From Ylistrum balloti (Eukaryota): a DNA stretch of 64,000 nucleotides. Below are positions 28,332 through 40,664 of the stretch, one piece after another. The notes below the pieces were generated by a model. The model saw only the letters and a list, made by a program, of their open reading frames with translations, made no database searches and was not told where the DNA came from. Numbering within the stretch: the stretch's first letter is position 1; each line of letters starts with the position of its first letter. Position numbers and translations under genes: made by a program. The DNA is taken from positions 2,604,001 through 2,668,000 of the forward strand of contig NW_026782097.1 in the NCBI RefSeq assembly GCF_031769215.1. The letters run 5' to 3'.

Positions 28332-29350
28332 AATATCAACAATGTAACATTGCATGATTCCTGCATTAGCTTATAAATGTTGTTAATATCAACAATGTAG
28401 CATTGCATGATTCCTGCATTAGCTTACAAAGGTTTGTAATATCAACAATGTAACATTGCATGATTCCTGCATTAGCTTACAAAGGTTTGTAATATCAACA
28501 ATGTAACATTGCATGATTCCTGCATTAGCTTACAAAGGTTTGTAATATCAACAATGTAACATTGCATGATTCCTGCATTAATATAAATGTTGTTAATATC
28601 AAAGGTATTAACTTATAAATGTTGTTAATATCAACAATGTAGCATTGCATGATTCCTGCATTAACTTATAAATGTTGTTAATATCAACAATGTAGCATTG
28701 CATGATTGCATTAACTTATAAATGTTGTTAATATCAACATGTAGATTCCTGTATTAACTTATAAATGTTGTTAATATCAACAATGTAGCATTATGCATTA
28801 ACTTATAAATGTTGTTAATATCAACAATGTAGCATTGCATGATTCCTGCATTAACTTATAAATGTTGTTAATATCAACAATGTAGCATTGCATGATTCCT
28901 GTATTAACTTATAAATGTTGTTAATATCAACAATGTAGCATTGCATGATTCCTGCATTAACTTATAAATGTTGTTAATATCAACAATGTAGCATTGCATG
29001 ATTCCTGCATCAGCTTACAAAGGTTTGTAATATCAACAATGTAGCATTGCATGATTCCTGCATTAACTTATAAATGTTGTTAATATCAACAATGTAGCAT
29101 TGCATGATTCCTGCATTAACTTATAAATGTTGTTAATATCAACAATGTAGCATTGCATGATTCCTGCATTAACTTATAAATGTTGTTAATATCAACAATG
29201 TAGCATTGCATGATTCCTGCATTAACTTATAAATGTTGTTAATATCAACAATGTAGCATTGCATGATTCCTGTATTAACTTATAAATGTTGTTAATATCA
29301 ACAATGTAGCATTGCATGATTCCTGCATTAACTTATAAATGTTGTTAATA
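28332..29350. repeat. 53-bp tandem repeat (about 19 copies)
   Basis: Unit aatatcaacaatgtagcattgcatgattcctgcattaacttataaatgttgtt; period seen at 29041 and 29094. Confidence 0.95.
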
Positions 29351-29989
29351 TATCCACTGCTTTGATAACGATTGGCAATCTCGATTATAATGTCATATCA
29401 TGACTTGAGATCAATTTTGAACAGTAAGGTAAGAATTTAAAAAAATGAAAAGTGTGATTGCCCAGTGTTTCTTCATCAGAACTAATCCTGATGCATTTTC
29501 CAGGCTATATCGTCAAACCACATTTGACAGCATTGTTTCCATGGGAACTGTTTAGAATGCATTGTGGCTTTAAACTGATATATGAATTTCAACTAAACTC
29601 GTAGTGGAGCAAATTGACTGATGTATTTATAAGAATTAGAATCTAACTTAACGAGACAGTTCTGCGGATTACAGTGTCCATCGAATGTGAAATTATATTC
29701 CAAGAAGGTGCAAGTAATGGGTTTGTGCAGGGCCTAATTTAGTCACCAAATTATTGATATCCAACCGTAAGAATAGTGCGAGTAATGCTACTGTAAATGA
29801 ATCTGCTTGGTGTGACGTTTTACATCCGGAGGTATTATGTATCACACGGTACATTCGGTGTTATAAATGTGAATAAAATCACGAATTTTAGTTGGCGGTA
29901 TCAGAAGTTCGAACAAATGAACAACCCAATACAATGGGAGAGGAATTATCATTAATTTGTAACGATAATATCAATCATTCCTATTTTAC

Positions 29990-30340
29990 AAATGCAGGTC
30001 GGAGGTCAAACGGTAGGTCAAGGTTTTGTTTACGACACATACATACAAACATTGGTGAAGCCATGACCCAAATATGAAGTTTTGGCCCAAGCAGGACAAA
30101 CCTTTTATTTGGCGTAGGTCACGTGTCAGAATGTTTATCAAAGTGGTCTAGATTGGTACAAGATAGATCGCCTCACCTTATATAGGTTGACCCATGAACT
30201 AGATATGAAGTTCCTGTGACAAGTAGTGTAGGAGATGGAGCGCGAACAAGATAAAGTACGGAATGATGGACACATCGTTAACCTATACCCCTACCCCCGT
30301 CCCCACCCATCCCAATCCCATCTTCATCCCCGGGGATCTA
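29990..30340 (-). mobile_element. HINE-like non-autonomous element fragment
   Basis: aggtcaagg and gaactagatatgaagttcc core, acggaatgatggaca microsatellite-like tract, terminal acctatacccct...ccccggggatctaa. Confidence 0.4.
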
Positions 30341-30579
30341 AGAAAATTTCATAAATCACAATTCATTAATAAAGTTAGTGCATTCAGCACAAACAGTAAA
30401 CATGTGACATTGGGATTTGTTTACTTTGTATTCAATACATTTGGTAAAGATCGTTTAATTGTACATGGTCTATTGATTGAACACTAAACTGTCACACAAG
30501 ACTTGGCACTATCAAGGTAATAACGAGAGGGACTGCTCTCTACAACCGTAAATCCAATATTAGAACGTCACTGGTACCC

Positions 30580-30862
30580 TCATCGGACGTCAGTATTCTT
30601 CTCAGTCACTTCTTCTTTGGCCACTCTTGTTTGTAAGTCTTTTGATGTTGTGGTGAGAAAATCGATCAGATCGATCAACATCTGGAGATCGATGAGGAAA
30701 AAGCCATGGAATGGGAAGTCAAGGTCACTGACTACGCAGCAGAGCAGAGTAATGGAGACAACAGTGACAATACACATTGCTAATTCCATTCGGTACGAGT
30801 CGGCTTGGATCAGGAGCACACCAAGGAAACTGAAATAACCTAACGTCTCCAGGAAAATCCAT
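30580..30862 (-). CDS. Bestrophin-like paralogue 2, terminal exon
   Basis: tattacAG|ATGGAT, phase 2. QWIFLETLGYFSFLGVLLIQADSYRMELAMCIVTVVSITLLCCVVSDLDFPFHGFFLIDL...*. Confidence 0.85.
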
Positions 30863-31588
30863 CTGTAATAGGTATAAAAAGGTATACGTTATACATTCAC
30901 CTCAAGTGAATGGTGTCTCCAAATAAGCAATCATTAAAAAATAATACGATGCTGTATATTGGTTTCTTTGAAATTATGGCTCTTTGGTGCCAGTAATGCA
31001 AGTTAACAACGAACTGTTTAAGATAATACGCATTAGAGGGCTCTAAATGGTGTTACGTTTACATTTTGAATTACGGTTTTATAAAATTCCAGCATATTCG
31101 TTTTAAAATATAAACCAACCCTGTTTAGAACAGGGGCATCATGACAAGCAGGGAGATCACAGGCCTCTTTTATAGGTGATAACTTGAATACTCTAGTGGA
31201 TAAAGCAAGGTTTAAGGGATCGCTTAATTTGTCAACTATAATTCACATAGGAGAATCTTGGTTGTACTCTGTGGTAATGGCGGCCTTACGATAAAGTAAC
31301 GCGATGTTCTGGCTTGCAGTATGTTTCAATTGTCCCCACCAGATAAGGTAATTAAGCATGCAATATACTAGTACTCACTTTCCTGAAGAACTAAGGACAT
31401 AAACCGATACAATCATTTGAATCGATTTGTTATTTCCATACTGGCTGTGAAGCTTCTAGAAACGATTATGCAATTTTTTGACTCATCGGTAAGTAATTAT
31501 AGAGATTTTCTTACCTTGTGTTCCCGTCGTGGTACGTACTGTCCACAATACCGACTATACGTTGCGATGGGAATTCTCTGATACTTAC

Positions 31589-31748
31589 TGAAATACATGC
31601 ATATGTTCTGTGACACAGCCACTCTCTGCAGACATGACGTTGAGGTCATTGAGGCAGTGTAACACCTCAGTGAACACTGTCCGGTCCACTGGAGATTGCT
31701 TTTTGCGCTGGTCATTGTTCAACGGCTTCAGCAGGCCCCAGATATTTA
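31589..31748 (-). CDS. Bestrophin-like paralogue 2, exon 3
   Basis: gttgacAG|TAAATA ... TTTCA|GTAAGT. 160 nt, phase 1 to 2: VNIWGLLKPL...VDRTVFTEVLHCLNDLNVMSAESGCVTEHMHVFQ. Confidence 0.85.
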
Positions 31749-32098
31749 CTGTCAACAAACGGGGACATAGAATCACAGACAAGCAGGAGAAACGATATAA
31801 CAACGGAGTACAAACTATAAATTATTTGCTAAAACTTTTCGAAAACAAATGCAACTTCTCTCAACAAAAGTTTTAAATGAAGAAAACTTCTACATTAAAT
31901 TTGATTTTTAAAGTTATAACCTTATGTACAAATAATGATTCTACAAATAACATTCAGATTCACATCAAGTCTAAGAATTTCTAATAATTTCAAAAATCAA
32001 AGGTTCAAATTGTGCTAAAATTGAATACTCAACAAAAATATAAAGTGATAAATGGTGTAGAAATTAAAAATAAATATATCGAGGAAAAAAACTCTTAC

Positions 32099-32692
32099 CT
32101 GGTACACACAGGTTTTCCATGGACTGTATACGGAATATTATATTGACGATTTCGTCTTTCAGTGTGTACAAAACATGAAGAAACGTCCGGGGAGAAATGG
32201 ATTCCATTGCGTCTAATAACAGCACCAATTTTCGCATGCTTAACGTCTGACCTTTTAGTTTAACGTCTATACTTGTATGTTTTTCAAACACTTCTTGGAA
32301 TGCGAAACCGAACATGATAGCATACACCATTCCTGACGGTACTAAGAAACATCCCAAAGAATCGTTCACATTTGGGGGAACTGTAAAGTATGGTTTTGGC
32401 CAGAAATAGTTGACAATTGGTGAATACATAAAGAGAGTTAGGGGGCAGAATACAAGTGTGAGAGCTGGAGGCATCACCATGTATAATAAACTGAGGCCGT
32501 TGTTCTGGAAATATCGTAGCTTATCAATTGCATACTTATCTCTTTCAGTAATAAAAGAAGGGAGTTGGTCGGCATTACTGTTGGCAAAGTCTTCATAGCT
32601 GTACACAAATTTTGATGGATGGACGCTTTTTCGAGTTGGTCGTTTGAATTGTATTCTCTTCCTTTGCCACATAAGATAAAGCATTAGAAATC
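32099..32692 (-). CDS. Bestrophin-like paralogue 2, exon 2
   Basis: attttcAG|GATTTC ... CCAG|GTAAGA, phase 1/1. Contains WPKPYFTVPPNVNDSLGCFLVPSGMVYAIMFGFAFQ. Confidence 0.87.
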
Positions 32693-32998
32693 CTGAAAAT
32701 ACATCAATAACAATTAGGTTTAGACATTCCCGGTGATCATATGTATAGTGCAGCTAATATCATTTATCTGACATCGATAGTATTTGAGATATAACAAAAA
32801 CTATACAGCAATTTTGTTATGAAATGGTACATGTACATACAGATAAGAAGTGTAAATTCTATATATTTTTGCCTAGCTAATTTAGACACACTTCTAAAAA
32901 ATACTAAATGTATCATATTAAACTAAGATTCAAATGATATTTAATATAATTCCATTAATTGGTTACACATACAAAGTTTATTTTCCACTTGTACATAC

Positions 32999-34706
32999 CG
33001 AGGGCCCCTAACATTAACAAAGCGGAAGGAGGCCACATTATTTCAGAAACGGTTGGCTCTGATAGTGCTTCCGCCTCGGCTTCTACTTCTGGTGTTGTTA
33101 TTTCAGCAAATGGTACCAAAGTAATATCTGATTCGGGAAACGATACTCCGGTAACTTCTGAAAATATCTCTGGTTCGTTCTCAGATTCAGCATTCACTTC
33201 ACTCTCATTATTTGACGTTAATTCCGATTCCGGTTCCGACGTGACTTGATACTCCGGTTTCACAGTCATTTCTGTTTCTGGTTTGGATGTTCCTCCATCC
33301 TCTGGCTCAGTAATTACTTCTGGTTCTGGTTCAGCCGTTGTTTCAGATTCTGGTTCAGCCGTTGTTTCAGATTCCGGTTCGGCATTTGTTTCAGATTCTG
33401 GTTCAGCCGTTGTTTCAGATTCTGGTTCAGACGTTGTTTCAGATTCCGGTTCGGCATTGGTTTCAGATTCTGGTTCAGCCGTTGTTTCAGATTCCGGCTC
33501 AGTCGTTGTTTCAGATTCTGGTTCAGCCGTTCTTTCAGATTCTGGTTCAGAGGTTGTTTCAGATTCTGGTTCGGCATTGGTTTCAGATTCTGGTTCAGCC
33601 GTTGTTTCAGATTCCGGCTCAGTCGTTGTTTCAGATTCTGGTTCAGTCGTTGTTTCAGATTCTGGTTCAGACGTTGTTTCAGATTCTGGTTCAGTCGTTG
33701 TTTCAGATTCTGGTTCAGCCGTTGTTTCAGATTCTGGTTCTGTTGTTGTTTCAGATTTTGGTTCAGCCGTTGTTTCAGATTCTGGTTCTGTCGTTGTTTC
33801 AGATTCTGGTTCAGCCGTTGTTTCTGATTCCGGTTCAGCCGTTGTTTCAGATTCCGGCTCAGTCGTTGTTTCAGATTCTGGTTCACTCGTTGTTTCAGAT
33901 TCTGGTTCAGCCGTTGTTTCAGATTCTGGTTCAGCCGTTGTTTCAAATTCTGGTTCAGCCGTTGTTTCAGATTCTGGTTCAGTCGTTGTTTGTGATTCTG
34001 GTTCAGCCGTTGTTTCTGATTCCGGTTCAGCCGTTGTTTCAGATTCCGGCTCAGTCGTTGTTTCAGATTCTGGTTCACTCGTTGTTTCAGATTCTGGTTC
34101 AGCCGTTGTTTCAGATTCTGGTTCAGCCGTTGTTTCAAATTCTGGTTCAGCCGTTGTTTCAGATTCTGGTTCAGTCGTTGTTTGTGATTCTGGTTCAGCC
34201 GTTGTTTCAGATTCTGGTTCAGTCGTTGTTTCTGATTCTGGTTCAGCCGTTGCTTCAGATTCTGGTTCAGCCGTTGTTTCAGATTCTGGTTCTGTTGTTG
34301 TTTCAGGTTCCGGTTCAGCCGTTGTTTCAGATTCTGGTTCAGCCGTTGTTTCAGATTCTGGTTCAGTCGTTGTTTCAGATTCTGGTTCAGCTGTTGTTTC
34401 AGATTCTGGTTCTGTCGTTGTTTCAGATTCTGGTTCAGCCGTTGTTTCAGATTCTGGTTCTGTTGTTGTTTCAGGTTCCGGTTCAGTCGTTGTTTCAGAT
34501 TCTGGTTCAGCTGTTGTTTCAGATTCTGGTTCAGTCGTTGTTTCAGATTCTGGTTCAGCCGTTGTTTCAGATTCTGGTTCAGCCGTTGTTTCAGATTCTG
34601 GTTCTGTTGTTGTTTCAGGTTCCGGTTCAGCCGTTGTTTCAGATTCTGGTTCAGCCGTTGTTTCAGATTCTGGTTCAGCCGTTGTCTCTGATTCCGGTTC
34701 GGCCAT
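32999..34706 (-). CDS. Bestrophin-like paralogue 2, exon 1: about 58 T[A/T/S]EPESET units plus first half of TM1 (predicted protein 914 aa)
   Basis: ATG in AAAAATGGCC context with in-frame TGA two codons upstream; donor CTCG|GTATGT (phase 1) after IMWPPSALLMLGALG. Confidence 0.82.
33320..34705. repeat. 24-bp coding tandem repeat (paralogue 2)
   Basis: + strand unit tcagattctggttcagccgttgtt with variants; about 58 units. Confidence 0.97.
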
Positions 34707-35704
34707 TTTTCATAACCTTGTTCTACAACTATTTTTCATTTGCGATGATTTCTGTTTTCGAATCTGTTTAATCGACTGTGAGAAGTTTTGCTGTCAGTTC
34801 TGACATCATTAAAAATGATACTCATGGCTCGTTTAGATTTTTACAGCAAATAGACTTGAAGTTCATTACTTCAATAATAAATTAGTGACTCCCATTTGCA
34901 CTGGAATTGCTCCTGAAATGAAACAAGGAAAGCAGCGTGTCCCGTTATCATTTTTACTATTTTGCATTAGGATAATGAATTCATGCTGGTAGTATTTTCA
35001 TCTTTATTTTTGCAGCCAAGTTTCAAGACCAAACACTTTATTTGTAAATTTGAGTCCCACATTGATGAAAAAATGGACATCTGAATGATTCAAAATATTT
35101 CTGAAACCTTCAGATGATGAAATCAAGCTTCACGATGGGGAAGGTACACACGTTACACACGATATACAAAAGTACTCACGAAAACGATTGTCAACGATCT
35201 TTTTTTCATTATACATTTTCATATTTATTTTATACTCACTCGAGGTTTTCAGAAATGGTACATAATTTAAAGATTTACACTTCATAAGAACGTTATGCGG
35301 AGAAATGGAAAAATATCAAATGTTCTTCTGCGCCTTTACAGCTGAAGTGTTGAGGTGTATGTGCTTACATATTTATGTATTTCCAATGTAATGATGCATT
35401 TTTGTTATGACGCGACGAAGGGGCGAAGGAATTATTGCAATACAATTCCGTCGGCTATATTTTCTGAATGTAGTAAGCCTACCGCACATATTACGTTACT
35501 GTTACTTTTCCTAATCCCTTTATTTCCTTTGGCGTATGGCGTCCGCCAGTTTAAGAACGAAAAGTCGCATGCGCTGAAATTACCTCTTTACAAGAGAAAA
35601 CACAATTTTTTCCTTGATACAACTGAGTATTCTTATTTGTACATATAAACGAAGTTTTTCTGTGGGCATACATGTATCAGACTCTAAGCTATGGATCTAC
35701 TTAC

Positions 35705-35820
35705 CAGTCTTTTTTGCGTAAATATCTTGAAAAATAATCACCATTCCGTAATACTCACAAGCATCTGATACCGGATATGACGTCACGCATAAACATTATG
35801 ACGTTATTATAACGTCATAA
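35705..35820 (-). promoter_or_regulatory. Candidate promoter and non-coding first exon of paralogue 2
   Basis: 25-bp inverted repeat 35796-35820, CRE TGACGTCA 35778-35785, minus-strand donor GACTG|GTAAGT at 35705, and a matching acceptor tttcAG near 34913. Confidence 0.35.
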
Positions 35821-36086
35821 AAGATAGACATGTGAAAATAGCTTAAGATGTCTTACATGGTATAATGTGTTTTATTCGTCGTTTAACTACATGACAAACA
35901 TATCTATCAGGGATTCATCTAAAGATTTTTAAACTGTATTGAAACATTCCGCCGAGGTCGCATGTGCTTATCCAATGGGCATGTATTTCTTATAGGGCTG
36001 ATTTACATGTACACATACTTCAGCACCATCGAGTTTTGTATAGCAATGGACATACTCTGCATCGATGGTATACGTGTACAAAAAGC

Positions 36087-36165
36087 CCCAACCCCAGCCC
36101 CAGCCCCAGCCCCAGCCCCAGCCCCAGCCCCAGCCCCAGCCCCAGGCCCAGCCCCAGTCCCAGCC
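36087..36165. repeat. (CCCCAG)n hexamer microsatellite, about 13 copies
   Basis: Directly visible. Confidence 0.95.
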
Positions 36166-37361
36166 CGCAGGAAAATATGTCTTTTTCGATATACAGTGAC
36201 ATTTGTTTCGTTCTCGTGCTGCAAAAAGACGATAATCAACGGCGCAAAAATACATCAGTTATCGTTACATCACAGAATCGAGATTTTGTGTGAAAAAAAT
36301 GAAATAACAAAACGGCATATATCAGCCACTATTTCAAACAGTAGGTGGCGACATTTGGGCTTCATGGGCAACGCCCATTGCACCAGAACAGTTTCAAGAT
36401 TAAATGATAGAATTGTTATATATATTTACTGTTTCCAAATATTTATATTCCACGTAACATTACATCTAAATGTCTTTCATGTTTTTCACAAGTTGACAAA
36501 ACAATAGGATTGTAAAAAAAAAAAAAAAAAAAAACACCGCGCATTAACATACAGAAAAGTAGACAAGGACATACAATGTACACTGTCTAATCGCCTCAGC
36601 TTTTTTATTGATACAGACAGGGTTGGAAAGCTTTATATGGAAACTAAGTTGAAGTGTTAATATTATACTACACGTATCGCTAAATGATAGGATAAACAAA
36701 GATAAATAATTAATTTTTAAATACTTGAAATGAAAACGGAGGTGACATTCTAAGAAAATGATAGAAAGTACTCGTGCATGTACTGTTTCTCCACGTAGGC
36801 AGTTAGTGATTTGACTTAGGTATACAACTTAATTACATAGCCTTGTATGTACATTACAGCCTCACACGTGTTTTCTATTTCCATTACCTACAAATATATT
36901 TGTACGTATATAACTTCAATATTCATAAAGGAGTCCGTGGGTTTGAAGACAGGAACTTAAATAAAAGACGGCATGTTATCGTCACATGAAATGGAGAAAA
37001 AGTTTTTTAAAAAAATGCATTCATATTTCTTTTCGTAGAATAATGATCTGGAAAGAAGTCGTGAATGCTATAAGTCCTTTGGACTATCTATTAAAAATTA
37101 ATTTCATGTAGGAAAAAATTAATGCATTCCATAAGGTTGTTAACCGACTGTACTTCTATACATGGTAGGATGATATTTTAAACGGCAACATGGCCACCGG
37201 CGTTCCTCTATGAAATAAAACAGTTCTTTGGTTAGTTAGCAGTCAGCAGAAATTTAGAGGTCGCAAAATTAATAGAGAAGCTCTGGTCTGCCTAGCCAAG
37301 ACATACAATACATGTACTAGTCAATTACAAATATAACTAATGATATAAACATATATGTACA

Positions 37362-37620
37362 TTAATGAACATCAGTCAGATGTACCACGCCCAGGTTACG
37401 CGCGTGCATTTGAAGCTCCATCACCATGGAGCTGATGACGCTGAGGTCGACTCTAAGGAAACCATGGAAAGGTGAGTCGAGATCACTGACAGCAAAACAC
37501 AGGAGACTGATGGAAGCCACGGTGACTACACACATTGCCAGCTGTATATGGTAAGACTGGGCACTGACCAGGAGCACGCCAAGAAAACTGAAATAACCCA
37601 GTATCTCCAGGAATAACCAA
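37362..37620 (-). CDS. Bestrophin-like paralogue 3, terminal exon
   Basis: ctgtttcAG|TTGGTT, phase 2. HWLFLEILGYFSFLGVLLVSAQSYHIQLAMCVVTVASISLLCFAVSDLDSPFHGFLRVDL...*. Confidence 0.85.
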
Positions 37621-38119
37621 CTGAAACAGAACAAAATTCAAAATAGCTTTTGATACTTGGCTTTTCTATACTTTCTTTATAACTCGCTCGAATATCTATA
37701 ATCCACGTGCTTTACACAATGTACCTCGTTCTGAAATAATACGCGTGCTTACGGCGACAATAAAATATAGCACGAAAGGTTTCCATCTGTTTGTGATTAC
37801 CCATTTTTATATAAGTACCTCGGTCATTTCTTGCTCAACATACATTTTCTGCCTGATGTAATCGTAATTCATTAATGCTTTCCAGACCAGTCTTGTGTTT
37901 TCGTTTGAATGAAAATCATCTTTCTTTAAAATAACTATCAATTACAGTTTGTTCTTGATTTTTTATGCATGTGAACTACACGATTTCGGAATTAATCTGA
38001 CTTACTGACGACAAACGGAAGCAGCGATTACTTCTCACTCTAGAATATCTATTGTCGGTGTATATAATGTAAACTATCTGTTATTTTATTTTAGCAGACG
38101 TTTTAATCAAACTACTCAC

Positions 38120-38339
38120 TGAAACAATGGCATGCCCGCTTGGGTCAGACCAGAGTCTGTTAGAGTCCGAAGTGTGCGGAGACATCGCATGATTTCCCGG
38201 TATAAGGCAACGTCGATTGCGGAGCCCTGCAAATGGTCCATATATGTAACGGTGTTAACCTTTCTTGCCCTGTTGTGTCCTGATATTCTGTCCGCCTTAT
38301 CCATCGTCTTGTTCAGCAGCGATAAAATCGACCAGGTAT
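38120..38339 (-). CDS. Bestrophin-like paralogue 3, exon 3
   Basis: ggtctAG|ATACCT ... TTTCA|GTGAGT. 220 nt, phase 1 to 2: DTWSILSLLNKTMDK...IDVALYREIMRCLRTLRTLTDSG...MPLF. Confidence 0.83.
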
Positions 38340-39473
38340 CTAGACCCAGAACAAAAACAAGGCCAATAATGTAAACACCTGTCTGTATTTGGTATCAGGT
38401 GCTTTGTGAACGTACACACGCTCAAGATCATTAAAAATCCATACACATATGAATAGCATTAAAATACAGTGTATGCTGAAAAGTGAATAAAACGTTATCG
38501 TTTTTATAGTATATCTTCAGTGATACAAGACGAAAAAGTTGGAAATCTCTAGAAGAACAGGACCACTTACCCTACAATAGCTCTAAGTGAAAAAACCAAT
38601 AAAACAAAAAACGAAAAAACGTCATAACGATTATTAAGTAGTATTTCCATTCTGTTCTACTTTGCTAAAGATTGTAAGAAATGGCACGAAGGGTGCCTGG
38701 TCCATTATTTCCTGTGACACCGATCAGACACGTGGTAGTTCTCTCTGGCTCATTATTCCCGACGAGCCTTACCAAGCCATTATGTGCCGTAAAAGATTTT
38801 TAAATGATTTTTATTCTCCAATACTTCCAATACTTCAAGAATTGTGACGATGCATATATATACTGCGGGCATGTCATATTTATCCACGTGGATACGCTTC
38901 AGCTGATGTCATGGTTAACAGACATTACAATTTGTACATGTGCTCTATCGTGGATAAGACAGAAGTACAGACACCAACCGTGACTTCATGGATGATATGG
39001 GAAAAACAAATCTGATTAATTAACTTAAAAAATATCAAGATATCAAAATTTCTTTCATTAGACAAAGGACAACGTACTTCCTTAACGATGTAATAGCCCT
39101 AGGGAGAAACGATCGTTGGGTGGACATTATTAAATTTAAATCTTTTTCTCACGATGTTCCGATTCCCCACCGATCAAACAAGGGGACAAATGATTAATTT
39201 GTATCACCCATAATGATTTGTTTGTTGATATGAATTCATACAATGAAATGGGACCCCCTCCCTAGGGACCCCCTCCCTTAACAACCACATGGTGGGATGG
39301 TGAGACAAAGACAAAGAAAACCTGCCATTGTACGATAATAATGAAAACTCCTAGCCTTAAATCTTGAATTTAGCGGTAGGAGAGGGGGAGGATACTTACA
39401 AAGTATTGAAAGATTAATATCGAAAAAAAGGGTAATTAAAATTCAGTTACATATGTATATGTAACGGTCTTAC

Positions 39474-40055
39474 CAGTCCTGATCTGGTCGTTTATGCCTT
39501 GGACCTGCAAAAGCTCGCTGATCAATTGTTCTTTTAAAATGTCAAGAACTTCGAGCAAGGAAACAGCTGATAAGCCATTCAAGGTCTTTAGGATCCACAC
39601 AAGCTCCCTCATAATCCCGACCTTCTCTTGGATATTGTCTTCGATCTTGGTATGACGGTGGTATACGTGTTGAAACGCGAATCCAAACATGAAAGCGTAC
39701 ACCATCCCAGCGGGAACAAGGAAACAGCCAATAGCATCATTAATGTTCGGCGGCATTGGGAATTCAGATTTTGGCCAACAGTAGTTGACAATAGGTTCAT
39801 ACAAGAGAAGAGAAAGAGGACAGGCTATTAGAGACACGCTAGGCGCGATGCAAATTTTCAAAAGTCCATAAATATTGTTTTGGAAATTTTCCAGTCTTTT
39901 CAGAGCATAAAGGTCACGTGCCGTTAGAAATGATTCATTCTTGTTTGGGATTCCAGTTATATCCTTTTCAATTGATATCACTTCGATTCTTTTGTTGCAG
40001 GTAAATACAGCTAATAGACGCTGACGATGGCTAACACAGTAAAGTACCAAAAACA
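39474..40055 (-). CDS. Bestrophin-like paralogue 3, exon 2
   Basis: ttgtttcAG|TGTTTT ... ACTG|GTAAGA, phase 1/1. Contains WPKSEFPMPPNINDAIGCFLVPAGMVYAFMFGFAFQ. Confidence 0.87.
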
Positions 40056-40664
40056 CTGAAACAAGAAATACACGTATGTTATCAGAATCATATACTTGTT
40101 ACCACAAAGTTTTCATTCATTCATGTGGAACATACGGTGGCCTATAAGGGAACGAGACATAAAACAGCGCTTCTAACGATTGTAATACAATGATCAATTA
40201 CAAATAAGAAAAGAACATTGTTCGCGCTTTATGTTAATAGTTGTGGCAAGTACTTTTATATTTCTACGCCAGCTATAGCACAAATGTATGTACATGGAAG
40301 ATGACAAACATCGGGCTCCGCAGGTTAACAGCGTCGGTGTGCAGTGCACATGTAAATAGTTTTATTTGAATGACAAAATGCCTGAGAATGGTGTGAATAC
40401 ACATACTTTGTAATTGCTAAAAGAAGAAGAAATAAAAATTATATTAGTATTTTTACTATACGCTGCTGATTAAAACTAAAACTATTTCATATTAATACCA
40501 GATACGCTGTTTAATAAGAGTGTATGTTATGTTGATTAACATATCTTGCCATGTTTTGACGACAGAATCCATGTTTTCTATTTCATAAGCAATTAATGAA
40601 GTGAGTCTTGTAACACCATACAACAAGATTATACTAAATAATTATGTCAAATAGGCTCACTGAC

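Noticed and set aside
1638-29350. Possible CRISPR arrays, or common origin of the two 53-bp arrays
   Set aside because: Head-to-tail repeats without unique spacers, no cas genes, eukaryotic context. The two 53-bp units share only short words (catgatt, attcctg, ataaat), so equal length is probably coincidence.
33246-34803. Several long ORFs (SDSGSAVV, FQILVQ, NQNLKQRL, FWFSRCFR)
   Set aside because: Alternative frames of the paralogue 2 repeat; only the EPESET frame splices into the membrane exons.
35962-36507. ORFs with PAPAPA, GWGWGW or GAGAGA runs
   Set aside because: Products of the (CCCCAG)n microsatellite.
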